64,000 nt of DNA from a virus: positions 1 to 64,000 of IMG/VR virus record IMGVR_UViG_3300037297_000195; one strand, given 5' to 3'. The notes beneath the pieces are model-generated. The model ran no database searches. It was given only the letters and a program-made list of their open reading frames with translations, and was not told where the DNA came from. A program made the translations under genes and the position numbers. Numbering within the stretch: position 1 is the first letter of the stretch; the number at the start of each line of letters is the position of its first letter. This document shows, in pieces, positions 17,626-26,441 of the stretch.

Positions 17626-18331
17626 TTTAACAGAAAGAGGAAAACAGATACGGCGGGATACGATAGAATTAGCCCTTGCCAATGGCGGGTATCATTGGGG
17701 TGGCTCTTTTTCGTGTGTTGAGATATTAATAGCGCTATTCGATTATGTAATGCGTGAAGATGATATGTTCATCCTGTCCAAAGGGCATTCATGCTGGCCG
17801 TATTATGTTTTATTAAGAGAAAAAGGGTTTACCCCCAAACTAACAGGTCATCCATCAATGGGAGATGGCGTTCCGTTTTCTACTGGGAGTTTAGGCCATG
17901 GATTGCCTTTAGGTATTGGAGTTGCTTTAGCAAAAAAGATAAGGGGTGAGCCTGGCCGAGTTTTTGTCCTGGTTGGGGATGGCGAAATTCAGGAAGGGAC
18001 ATTTTGGGAAAGTTTATTAATAGCAAGACAACAAGATTTAAAAAATATTATTTGCATAATTGATAATAATAAAATTCAGGGATCTGGAAAAAATATTCAT
18101 TTTGTTGGGTCGAAAGTTTTGATGGATATGCGATGGAGATATCAAAAAATAGAAGATGGGCACAGTATAGGAGAGCTTAGTAATTTGGATTGTGATTTAT
18201 CTGTTCCTTTGATTGTTAATGCCCAAACCGTTAAAGGAAAAGGCGTTTCATTTATGGAGAACAAGCCCGAATGGCATTCTAAATGGTTGGATAAAGATCA
18301 CAAGGAAAAGGCTATGGGGGAATTGAGATGA
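17618..18331 (+). CDS. transketolase, N-terminal (TPP-binding) subunit
   Basis: Motifs GGHWGGSFS, LSKGH, GSLGHGLPLGIGVALA and VLVGDGEIQEGTFWES. Confidence 0.9.
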   Translation: MSDLTERGKQIRRDTIELALANGGYHWGGSFSCVEILIALFDYVMREDDMFILSKGHSCWPYYVLLREKGFTPKLTGHPSMGDGVPFSTGSLGHGLPLGIGVALAKKIRGEPGRVFVLVGDGEIQEGTFWESLLIARQQDLKNIICIIDNNKIQGSGKNIHFVGSKVLMDMRWRYQKIEDGHSIGELSNLDCDLSVPLIVNAQTVKGKGVSFMENKPEWHSKWLDKDHKEKAMGELR

Positions 18332-18810
18332 GAGAAATATTTGGGAAAACCATAGTCAGATTAGCCGAAAAAGATGAACGAATTGTGCTAATAACTTGCG
18401 ACGTCCATCAAAATATGGATGAATTTAAAATTAAATTTCCAGATAGGTTTTTTGACTTCGGCTTAACCGAACAGGCAACGGTTGGTATCTGTGCCGGCCT
18501 TGCCTCACAAGGATTAAAGCCGGTATTCTATAGCATAACTCCATTTGTTTTGGAAAGGCCGTTTGAGCAAATTAAAATTGATATAGACGAAATGAATCTG
18601 CCGGTCATGCTGATTGGATATGATGATTACCCTACTCATGGCCCTACACACAGAGCGTTAAATCCGAAAGGGCTTGTTTCCCTATTCAAGAATATTGATG
18701 GATTCTTTCCGAACAATAGCAAAGAGGCAGAAAAGGCCATGTTAGATGCTTATCTAATGGATGGGCCTTCGTTCATCCATTTGAAAAAAGACGGATTGCC
18801 GTTTATTTAA
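18328..18810 (+). CDS. transketolase pyrimidine-binding subunit, lacking the usual C-terminal domain
   Basis: FFDFGLTEQATVGICAGLASQGLKPVFYS and GPTH are Pyr-domain motifs. The ORF ends at 160 aa (...GPSFIHLKKD), where split-transketolase B subunits normally continue for more than 100 aa. Confidence 0.75.
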   Translation: MREIFGKTIVRLAEKDERIVLITCDVHQNMDEFKIKFPDRFFDFGLTEQATVGICAGLASQGLKPVFYSITPFVLERPFEQIKIDIDEMNLPVMLIGYDDYPTHGPTHRALNPKGLVSLFKNIDGFFPNNSKEAEKAMLDAYLMDGPSFIHLKKDGLPFI

Positions 18811-18823
18811 GGAGATTTGGGAG

Positions 18824-19426
18824 ATGACAAAAACAGTTTTGATTACAGGCGCAAGTGGTGGTTTAGGAAAAGAATTGGCTAATGTTTTTTACCTTGACGA
18901 TAAAAAGTGGAATTTGATTTTACATTATAACGAACACGAACCACATATCCCCATTTCTAATAGGGTTACGTGGTGGAAACATGACTCGTTAAATCCAAGT
19001 GAGATTCCCAAATTTATTGATGATAAAAATATTGATTTATTGATTAATTGTGCGGGAATTTATTCCGGTCATTTATACGATGTGATGGAGGTCAATTTTT
19101 ATTTTCCTGTTTTTTTAATTGAAAAGTTAAAGAATATCAAAAAGATTATCAATATAAACTCTTTGGCTGGATTGCAGGCAGGGAAAGGGGAAAAAGAATA
19201 TGCCGCTTCCAAGCAAGCTTTTAAGGGATATTGTCAAGCCTTGAAATTGGATGGATTCGAAATTACTGACGCATTTCTTGGTGCCATGAAAACCAAAATG
19301 ACAAAACACAGATCGGACTGGAATGAATTAATGAATCCATCTGAGGTGGCCGACATTATATACAATTTAGCAGAAAAGAAACAAACTGCTTATATTCCTG
19401 AAATTACAATAAGGCGGAAATCATAA
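18824..19426 (+). CDS. short-chain dehydrogenase/reductase (SDR)
   Basis: VLITGASGGLGKELA (TGxxxGxG), NCAG, and the catalytic YAASKQA (YxxxK). Confidence 0.85.
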   Translation: MTKTVLITGASGGLGKELANVFYLDDKKWNLILHYNEHEPHIPISNRVTWWKHDSLNPSEIPKFIDDKNIDLLINCAGIYSGHLYDVMEVNFYFPVFLIEKLKNIKKIININSLAGLQAGKGEKEYAASKQAFKGYCQALKLDGFEITDAFLGAMKTKMTKHRSDWNELMNPSEVADIIYNLAEKKQTAYIPEITIRRKS

Positions 19427-21861
19427 TGAAGTGTATATGCGGTGGAACTAAATACAAACAAGAAAAAAGAGATGGATTTATTGTTAATTCTTATGGGGAG
19501 TCTATCCCCACTGAAATTGATTTGGGTAAATGTTTAAAATGTGGGGTTTTGAGGCAGATAGATTTGCCATTTTCAAATGAAAATGAATATGACGATTATT
19601 ATAAAAATGAATATCCTCCAACAAAAAGGGGGTTTATCAATAATAATTATCAATCTGATTTGGTGGCAGGGGAAAGACTTTTTAATAGGTATAACGATAA
19701 ATATGGAATAAGCAAATCTAAAAGAATGCTGGATATAGGATGCGGAAGCGGGTCTTTTGTTGATGTTTGTAATAAAAAAGGCATAGAGGCATATGGATGT
19801 GAATTAGGAAAATATTATCATACTCCAAAAGACAATAAAATATATTTTAGTAAATTTGAAAATGTTAATTTCCCTACAGATTATGCCGATACTATTTTTT
19901 GTAGCGATGTGATAGAGCATGTCCTTGATCCTGTTAATTTTCTAAATGAGGTTTTTAGGGTTTTGGACCAAAAGGGGAGATTGTTTGTTGAATTCCCTCA
20001 TTTTTATCATGATATTGGGAAGGCACATTGGAAAAAGATAGAACACATTTGGTATTTTACAAAAGATGAATTTATAGGGCTGTTAAGAAGAATTGGATTT
20101 GTAAATGTAAAATGTGATGAATTAATTTCTAAAGTTGATGCTAAATTATTGTTTATAGCTGAAAAGCCTATTCAAAAAAGAACGAAAATATTATTTCCTC
20201 CTGGTATGGGAGATTCGATGTGGAGCATTATAAAACTCGAATCTTTTCTTAAAAGGAATAAAATAAAATCCCCAGTTGATGCCTACATTGTTTGCCCAAA
20301 ATCAAGAGAACATAATGGGCATGAAAGGTCTGTCCCGTTTTTGGAGATGTTCCCTTTTGTTAATAGTACAGGGGTTGTTTACCAATTTGATAGAGCTAAT
20401 CCCGAACATAGAAAAACATGGGAATCTGCTTATGGGAAACCAGATAAAACAATATTTAAAAATATTTTAGACTGTGATTATTTTGTTTCGTATAATGGAT
20501 ACAATATATCATATAAAACATTAGATAAAAGTGATCAGTATGATTGTAATTGGCATCCGAAACGTTTTATTTCGTTAGAGGAAGAGCGATTTAAAAGCGA
20601 TTGTATTAAAAAGTATGGTGATTATTTAGTGCTATTTTTTCCTCTATATGGAATGTATAAATCATGGATTGATAAAATTCCTACTCATGAATTAGCAAAT
20701 ATTATCAATAGAATAGTGGATTATACAAAATTAACTCCAGTTATTGCCGGCAAAGAGTGGGATAGAGATACCCCTGAAATTAGGAGATTTATAAAGCTTG
20801 TTAATGGTGCTATTGATTTAACTGGCAAAACAACAGTTGAACAGGTTTTTGGATTAATTCGTGGTGCTAAAGGGATGATTGCTTATCCCTGTGGATTGCC
20901 CATGATGGCCACTGTTTTAGGCCAAAAAGTGTTAATGATTTGGGATGAGCATTGGGAGTATCAAGGGCACAAAAGACCATTCGCCTATAATTTTGCTAAA
21001 AATTGTTGTCCTCCAGAAACAGTTGGAAAAACATATAAAATAGAAATGATAGACGGATTAACGCCAGAAAAATTTGTTTTGAGCGCTATTAATTTATTAA
21101 CTGGTGAAAATATTGATAAAATAGATAAGGGGGTTGTTTTTGAGAAGCCGATTTTATTATCTAAATCAGAAAAAATTGATACAAAACAGGAAACGAAAAA
21201 ACAGTCTGAAAATAAAAAATATTCTGAATTGCCGCATACTGAAATTGATATTTATTGCGTCCTAAAATCAGGTGGCGTCTATACTGAAAAGGATGTTGCG
21301 ATATTAGAAAGCATGTTAAATCGGAATATCACCCACGAATATAATTTCCATGTCTTATCTGATATGAACGTAAAAAACAAAATCACCTTGGAAAATAACT
21401 GGCCTGGTTGGTGGTCTAAAGTCGAGCTTTTTAAACATCAAGGACCGGCATTATATTTTGATCTCGATACGGTTATATTAAAAAATATTGATCGATTGGT
21501 AGTGGAAACAAGCAAGCTCAAAAAAGGCGAAATGAGGATGTTGATCCCATTTAATCCACGCCGTAGAGCTAATGGGAATTGGGCATCCGGCATTATGGCT
21601 TGGTATGCTGATTTAATGCCTCTGATGGCTCTTACAAGCGCTCAGATTGATGATTTAAGGATGGACCAAACCTATATCGAACAAGAAGCTAAACGAATAG
21701 GGATTACTATTAAGCCAATTAATAATTGGGTGAAAATATACTCTCAAAAATGGCATTGCAAGAATGGGCATCCACCTAAAAATGCAGATATAGTTTGCTT
21801 CCATGGTAAAATAAAACCGAAACATGTTAGCGAAAAATGGGTTTTGGAGAATTACAGATGA
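19426..21861 (+). CDS. three-module enzyme: SAM methyltransferase + GT9 (heptosyltransferase-like) + GT-A DxD glycosyltransferase
   Basis: N-terminal CxxG...CxxC ribbon and MLDIGCGSGSF (SAM motif I). The middle has ILFPPGMGDS... and LTGKTTVEQVFGLIRGAKGMIAYPCGLPMMATVLGQKVLMIW (GT9 C-terminal pattern). The C-terminus has WPGWWSKVELF...LYFDLDTVILKNID (DxD). Confidence 0.6.
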   Translation: MKCICGGTKYKQEKRDGFIVNSYGESIPTEIDLGKCLKCGVLRQIDLPFSNENEYDDYYKNEYPPTKRGFINNNYQSDLVAGERLFNRYNDKYGISKSKRMLDIGCGSGSFVDVCNKKGIEAYGCELGKYYHTPKDNKIYFSKFENVNFPTDYADTIFCSDVIEHVLDPVNFLNEVFRVLDQKGRLFVEFPHFYHDIGKAHWKKIEHIWYFTKDEFIGLLRRIGFVNVKCDELISKVDAKLLFIAEKPIQKRTKILFPPGMGDSMWSIIKLESFLKRNKIKSPVDAYIVCPKSREHNGHERSVPFLEMFPFVNSTGVVYQFDRANPEHRKTWESAYGKPDKTIFKNILDCDYFVSYNGYNISYKTLDKSDQYDCNWHPKRFISLEEERFKSDCIKKYGDYLVLFFPLYGMYKSWIDKIPTHELANIINRIVDYTKLTPVIAGKEWDRDTPEIRRFIKLVNGAIDLTGKTTVEQVFGLIRGAKGMIAYPCGLPMMATVLGQKVLMIWDEHWEYQGHKRPFAYNFAKNCCPPETVGKTYKIEMIDGLTPEKFVLSAINLLTGENIDKIDKGVVFEKPILLSKSEKIDTKQETKKQSENKKYSELPHTEIDIYCVLKSGGVYTEKDVAILESMLNRNITHEYNFHVLSDMNVKNKITLENNWPGWWSKVELFKHQGPALYFDLDTVILKNIDRLVVETSKLKKGEMRMLIPFNPRRRANGNWASGIMAWYADLMPLMALTSAQIDDLRMDQTYIEQEAKRIGITIKPINNWVKIYSQKWHCKNGHPPKNADIVCFHGKIKPKHVSEKWVLENYR

Positions 21862-22541
21862 CCGATCCGATTTTGATAACTGGCCCGGCCCGTTCTGGCA
21901 CGTCAATGACGGCTGGTATTTTTCATATTTGTGGTGCGTGGGGAGGGGATATGACCGGTCCTACATCATATAATAAAAAAGGCCAGTTTGAGAATTCGGT
22001 GATTAGGGATAGCGTTAAAAAACTATTATCGGATATGGGATTGGATCCTCTTTGTCAGAATCCATTGCCGGATAATACAGATATGGAAATTCTATCATGC
22101 CGGTATTTGTGGTGGCGGAATAGGGTTAATGTAATTATTACAGAGCAAGGCTATAATGATCAATCTCCATGGTTTTACAAAGGCGCGAAAATGGTTTTGA
22201 TGTGGAAATTGTGGGCGGATGCCTTTCCGAATGCCAAGTGGATTTATGTCAATAGAGATATTGATGGCATCATAAATTCCTGCTTGAAAACGGGATTTAT
22301 GAGAGCATATAATACGAGAGATGGTTGGAGAAAGTGGGTTGAAAAACATTTACAAAGAAAGGAGGAAATGAGGCAAGCGGGCATCAAAATAATAGATACA
22401 TATTCTGAAGAAATCATTCGGGGGGATTTTGACAGAATTAAATCTATAATTGGTGATTTTGGATTAAATTGGAATGATAAATTAATTAATGGGTTTGTGG
22501 AACCAAAGTTTTGGGGAGGTGGAAAACATGGCCAGAAATAA
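21858..22541 (+). CDS. sulfotransferase-family protein candidate
   Basis: The ATG is in an ATGA overlap with the upstream stop. ILITGPARSGTSMTA resembles a 5'-PSB loop (RSGT[ST]), and WIYVNRDIDGIINS resembles the 3'-PB R-D...S motif. Confidence 0.55.
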   Translation: MTDPILITGPARSGTSMTAGIFHICGAWGGDMTGPTSYNKKGQFENSVIRDSVKKLLSDMGLDPLCQNPLPDNTDMEILSCRYLWWRNRVNVIITEQGYNDQSPWFYKGAKMVLMWKLWADAFPNAKWIYVNRDIDGIINSCLKTGFMRAYNTRDGWRKWVEKHLQRKEEMRQAGIKIIDTYSEEIIRGDFDRIKSIIGDFGLNWNDKLINGFVEPKFWGGGKHGQK

Positions 22542-22848
22542 TAACGGGAATATTTCCGGCTGGGTAAAATGGGCGGTTGGATTAACGTTAACTTTTATGC
22601 TTGCGGTTGGCGGCTATGCTTTTGCAATGATCGAGTCAAAAGTTAGCAAAGAGCGTTATTTAATTGATCAGGCGAGGGTTTGCGATCAGATTAATAATGA
22701 AAAAGTCTTGAATGAAAAAAAAATTGATCGGATAGAAAGAAAAATTGATTTTATGCAGTCCGATATCAATCAAATTATGATAAAATTAGGGCAGATTGAA
22801 GTTAGGATGGGCAATACAAGTGAGGTAATTTATGGCCAGAACGACTGA
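22528..22848 (+). CDS. single-pass membrane / coiled-coil protein
   Basis: ATG 22528 lies 7 nt after GGGGAGGTGG. WVKWAVGLTLTFMLAVGGYAFAMI is a TM helix, followed by a heptad region. Confidence 0.5.
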   Translation: MARNNNGNISGWVKWAVGLTLTFMLAVGGYAFAMIESKVSKERYLIDQARVCDQINNEKVLNEKKIDRIERKIDFMQSDINQIMIKLGQIEVRMGNTSEVIYGQND

Positions 22849-23242
22849 AGCAAATGTTTTGTTAATAATGGGGAGTCCGACAACTTTATCTGAGTCGGAT
22901 GTAACACCATTTATTGTTCCTGCGAATTATATGGTCACTAATTATTTAGCCAGTTATATCACAGATAATGATGATTTGCTTGAAATGATCGAGCGATATT
23001 TAACCGCTCATTATGTTAGTTTGGCCAAAGAAAAAGAGGTTAAATCTGAAGGCATTGAGGGGATAACTCAGGTTTATGGAGGAGTATTTGGGAAAGGATT
23101 AGACTATACGTCTTATGGTCAAATGGCAAAAGCTTTGGATACGACTGGTAGGCTTTATAAATTGGATCAAGGCAAATTAACAAGCTGTGGAATAACAACA
23201 CTAACTGATGTGGGAGAGGATAGAAATTATCCTAATATCTAA
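22832..23242 (+). CDS. head-tail connector/adaptor candidate (DUF4054-like)
   Basis: First of four small ORFs between the head and tail genes. LLEMIERYLTAHYVSL resembles the adaptor-family motif. Confidence 0.4.
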   Translation: MARTTEANVLLIMGSPTTLSESDVTPFIVPANYMVTNYLASYITDNDDLLEMIERYLTAHYVSLAKEKEVKSEGIEGITQVYGGVFGKGLDYTSYGQMAKALDTTGRLYKLDQGKLTSCGITTLTDVGEDRNYPNI

Positions 23243-23607
23243 TGGATATTGCTAAATTTTTAAATCAAACTGCTGTGCATTGGCGCTTTTCCGGCTTTGA
23301 TGGATTTGGTGGGTTTACTTTTGACTCATCCCCGTCGGAGGAATCGGTTAGATGGGCTGATGAGACGTCAATTTATGCGAGTAAAGATGGAGAGGAAATA
23401 GCGGCTAAAACCAAAATATTAACCAAATCTCTTGTTAATGAAAATGATTATTATTATTTGGGAGAATTAACAGATTTAAATTCAGGTGAAATTTCAGATC
23501 CGACTACAGTTGATGGTGCTTATCGAGTTAAAAGAGTTTATACTTTGGTTGATATTAAGGGAAATACTTTAGGATATAAAGCATTTTTTGACGAGGGGAC
23601 TGCATAA
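23242..23607 (+). CDS. head-tail joining protein candidate
   Basis: 121 aa, with TAATG coupling on both sides. Assigned by position only. Confidence 0.35.
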   Translation: MDIAKFLNQTAVHWRFSGFDGFGGFTFDSSPSEESVRWADETSIYASKDGEEIAAKTKILTKSLVNENDYYYLGELTDLNSGEISDPTTVDGAYRVKRVYTLVDIKGNTLGYKAFFDEGTA

Positions 23608-24080
23608 TGGCCAGAGGATTATCAAGACGATCACATTCTGTCATGACCAAAGCGCATAACAAAATGATGAAAAATCTTGAAAAAGAGATTGCCAAAATCC
23701 AAGGCAAAACGTTAAAAGGCTTAACTCAGGCAGCATTATTAATCAAGGGAGACGCTATAGAATTAGCTCCAAAAGATACTGGCCTTTTAAGGAATGCTAT
23801 GTATTTAGCTTATGAAAAAGATGGATCTTTTAAATATACTGGCCAGAATTCTGTTGATGGAGAAAAGGCCAAAGTTGGGCCGGGAAGTGATGTGGAATCA
23901 GCGGTAATGCAAGGTGGTGATAAAATTAGTGTTGCTATAGGAAATTCCGCTTCATATGCTATTTGGGTTCACGAAATAGATAAAAATTATGTGGTTGGTC
24001 AATGGAAATATTTAACCACTGCTATACAGAGGAATCAAAATAATATATTAAAGATAATTAAAGGGCATGCAAAAAAATGA
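23607..24080 (+). CDS. HK97 gp10-family tail-completion/neck protein
   Basis: LKGLTQAALLIKGDAIELAPKDTGLLRNAMYL fits the gp10 pattern (a..i...a...aP..tG.Lr.s). Confidence 0.65.
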   Translation: MARGLSRRSHSVMTKAHNKMMKNLEKEIAKIQGKTLKGLTQAALLIKGDAIELAPKDTGLLRNAMYLAYEKDGSFKYTGQNSVDGEKAKVGPGSDVESAVMQGGDKISVAIGNSASYAIWVHEIDKNYVVGQWKYLTTAIQRNQNNILKIIKGHAKK

Positions 24081-24490
24081 ATCCGGTATCAGTAGACATA
24101 AAAGATGTTTTGGTTGCTGAAGGAATAGGCACTTTTGGTGCTACGTCTGGATGGAGAATTTTTATCGGCGAAATGCAGGATTCTCCCCATACAATTATTG
24201 CAATATATGATACTGGAGGTAATGAACAACAGCCTTTATTCAACGGTGATAATTTGCAAAACCCTGTATTTGATGTTAAAGTTAGAGCTGGTGTTGGAGC
24301 GTATTTAGCGGCTTATAATAAGGCGGTCGAAATCGACAATGTGTTAAATTTAATTAGTGGAAATGCTATTCTAACAGCGAGAAATTATGAAGGGATATTC
24401 AGGCAAACAGATATATTTTTTATCGGATATGATGAGAATAAACGCCCAATTTTTGGGCTAAATTATAGAACAAAACGATATTTAGATTAA
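24077..24490 (+). CDS. tail terminator candidate
   Basis: 137 aa, immediately upstream of the tail tube gene, with an ATGA overlap. Assigned by position only. Confidence 0.35.
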   Translation: MNPVSVDIKDVLVAEGIGTFGATSGWRIFIGEMQDSPHTIIAIYDTGGNEQQPLFNGDNLQNPVFDVKVRAGVGAYLAAYNKAVEIDNVLNLISGNAILTARNYEGIFRQTDIFFIGYDENKRPIFGLNYRTKRYLD

Positions 24491-24503
24491 AGGAGGAAAA
24501 GTT

Positions 24504-25568
24504 TTGGACACAACTAACAAAGTAATTAAAGTGTCTTTGAATGGAAGTGATAGTTCTCCAACCTGGAGAGCTTTACCTGCTCCCTCAGGGAGCTTTAGCA
24601 AAAATGGAGAAACGCTTGACGATTCCATTTTTGGCGCTAATTTTGCCAGCATCCAAATGGGGTTAATTGATTGTTCCATATCCAGTTCGGCCCTTTATCG
24701 TGGGTTTGCCGGTTATGTGGCAACGATTAAAAAAAGTGGAACGTCAACGAGTTTTACAACTGAGGCGTGTAGTCTTGTTTCCGGGTATACTTATCAGATT
24801 GATGATACGACAAAACGGTGTTGGGATTGGACGAAAACATTTACGGTATATAATGATGCCGTGGAAGTAAGCTCATCTCTTTATACCATCGATTTTATGC
24901 ACGGAAAAATCACCTTTTCCGGTGCTGGAATCCCGGCTTCTGCGGATGCCATTACGGTGTCTGGTTATTATTTGCCGCTAACGACTTTTAGCTCCGCTAA
25001 CGACATTTCCATGGGCATGACTGCCAATACAACGGATCAAACTTCATTTGCATCTGCCCAGGCCAATGGTGGGTATATGTCGTATGGCTATGGTCTTAAA
25101 ACTGTTAATTTGTCTCTATCTGGTTTTTATGAGACGTCTACTGGCATTTTTGCATTGCTTGAAGCAAGAGAGCCTTTTGTAATTGAGATATGCCCAGATG
25201 GAAATGCTAAGTCGATTGCCCGTGGTGTATTTATGGTTACAAGTCAAGATCAGGATGGAGCGGTCGGGGATACCGAAACCGAGAGCGTTGAATTCTCATC
25301 TTATGTCGGGGAAGATGTCAATGGGGATGCTATCACTCCGTTTAATTGGCATCATGAGAGTGATACAACTCTTTCTCAAGCTATCCAAGATGTCCTTTAC
25401 GCTTGGGAGAATAATGCTTATCTGTGGGCTCAATATTTGCCGGATGGAACAAATGGGGCTCAGGTTAAGACATTGGTAACTGATTGTTCTTTTTCAACGG
25501 GTGTTAGCGCCATGGCCACTTATGCGGTTAATCTGCAAGGGACGGATGGTATTACTGAATTATCTTAA
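24504..25568 (+). CDS. major tail (tube) protein candidate
   Basis: 354 aa. TTG start 7 nt after AGGAGG. Immediately upstream of the chaperone pair and the tape measure. Ser/Thr/Gly-rich beta-type sequence. Confidence 0.55.
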   Translation: MDTTNKVIKVSLNGSDSSPTWRALPAPSGSFSKNGETLDDSIFGANFASIQMGLIDCSISSSALYRGFAGYVATIKKSGTSTSFTTEACSLVSGYTYQIDDTTKRCWDWTKTFTVYNDAVEVSSSLYTIDFMHGKITFSGAGIPASADAITVSGYYLPLTTFSSANDISMGMTANTTDQTSFASAQANGGYMSYGYGLKTVNLSLSGFYETSTGIFALLEAREPFVIEICPDGNAKSIARGVFMVTSQDQDGAVGDTETESVEFSSYVGEDVNGDAITPFNWHHESDTTLSQAIQDVLYAWENNAYLWAQYLPDGTNGAQVKTLVTDCSFSTGVSAMATYAVNLQGTDGITELS

Positions 25569-25589
25569 ACAAAGAATGGGAGATGAAAA

Positions 25590-25841
25590 ATGAAATTAAT
25601 GGCGTTAAGGGTTAAATATTTTGACGGCGAGATTGAAGGATTTATATGCGCTCCGTTTGGAGATAGCAAATATATTTCCAGAAATGATGGATATATTTCT
25701 GCTATTATTGCCGAGACAGGGGAGGAATTAAGCATTCCGGAAATGGCTGTTAAAAATATTCGAGTCAAATTGCATGAGGTAGAAACAGAAAAATCTGAAG
25801 AAAAAGGAGATGATGAAAATGTCGAACAGTATGAATCTTAG
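25590..25841 (+). CDS. hypothetical protein (tail module)
   Basis: 83-aa ORF with an acidic C-terminus. Its end overlaps the next ORF. Confidence 0.4.
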   Translation: MKLMALRVKYFDGEIEGFICAPFGDSKYISRNDGYISAIIAETGEELSIPEMAVKNIRVKLHEVETEKSEEKGDDENVEQYES

Positions 25842-26256
25842 AGATAAAATTAGGTCTTTAACTGTTGCGTCTAAAAAGCACTTTAAAAGTGAATTATTTT
25901 CGTATGCCGATGGCGGAGAAGAAATAAAAGTTGAATTCCGGGAGCTTACGAGAAAAAGGCTTTCGCAATTAATGAAAAAGGCGACAACAAGAGAGACAAA
26001 CAATGAAGGGAAAGAAATAGATAGAGTCGATAATGATAAATTTATGTATTACGCCATTATCGAAATGACATTTATTCCCGAAACAGACGAGCAGGTTTTT
26101 GAGGAAGGGGATATAGAATCGTTTGAAATGCAACCGGCATCGAATGACAATTTTATCACTCTATTTAGCAAACAAATTAACAAAATGATTGGTGAGGACA
26201 CTGCGGAGCAAGCGGAAAAAAACTCAAAAGAGACGGCGAACTCCGTCTCACAATAG
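25810..26256 (+). CDS. tail assembly chaperone (gpG-like)
   Basis: Last ORF before the tape measure, with an acidic C-terminus. Carries the slippery site A_AAA_AAC 31 nt before its stop. Confidence 0.65.
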   Translation: MMKMSNSMNLRDKIRSLTVASKKHFKSELFSYADGGEEIKVEFRELTRKRLSQLMKKATTRETNNEGKEIDRVDNDKFMYYAIIEMTFIPETDEQVFEEGDIESFEMQPASNDNFITLFSKQINKMIGEDTAEQAEKNSKETANSVSQ

Positions 26257-26441
26257 CGTTATCAAGAGAGTGGGGGAAATTTCCCCATGAAATTGAGGAG
26301 CTTCCAAACCACGAATACTTAAATATGGCGGCTTTTATAAAAATTGAGAATGACGAAATTAAGAAAAAACAAAATGAAGCGAAAAAGAAAAATAATCGTC
26401 CAGGAGTTGGCCGTCGCAGCGTGGCGAGGAGAAGAATGTAA
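25810..26441 (+). CDS. tail assembly chaperone G-T fusion made by -1 programmed frameshift
   Basis: The -1 frame is open from 26196 to the TAA at 26439-26441 (...LKRDGELRLTIALSREWGKFPHEIEELPNHEYLNMAAFIKIENDEIKKKQNEAKKKNNRPGVGRRSVARRRM). This stop overlaps the tape-measure ATG. Confidence 0.6.
26217..26223 (+). promoter_or_regulatory. -1 ribosomal frameshift slippery heptamer A_AAA_AAC
   Basis: It is in the X_XXY_YYZ register of the gpG frame (codons GAA AAA AAC). Confidence 0.55.

Noticed and set aside
18328-18810. Considered calling the short transketolase B subunit a pseudogene
   Set aside because: There is no frameshifted or stop-interrupted remnant of the missing domain. The next gene follows after 13 nt with its own RBS, so the ORF looks deliberately short.
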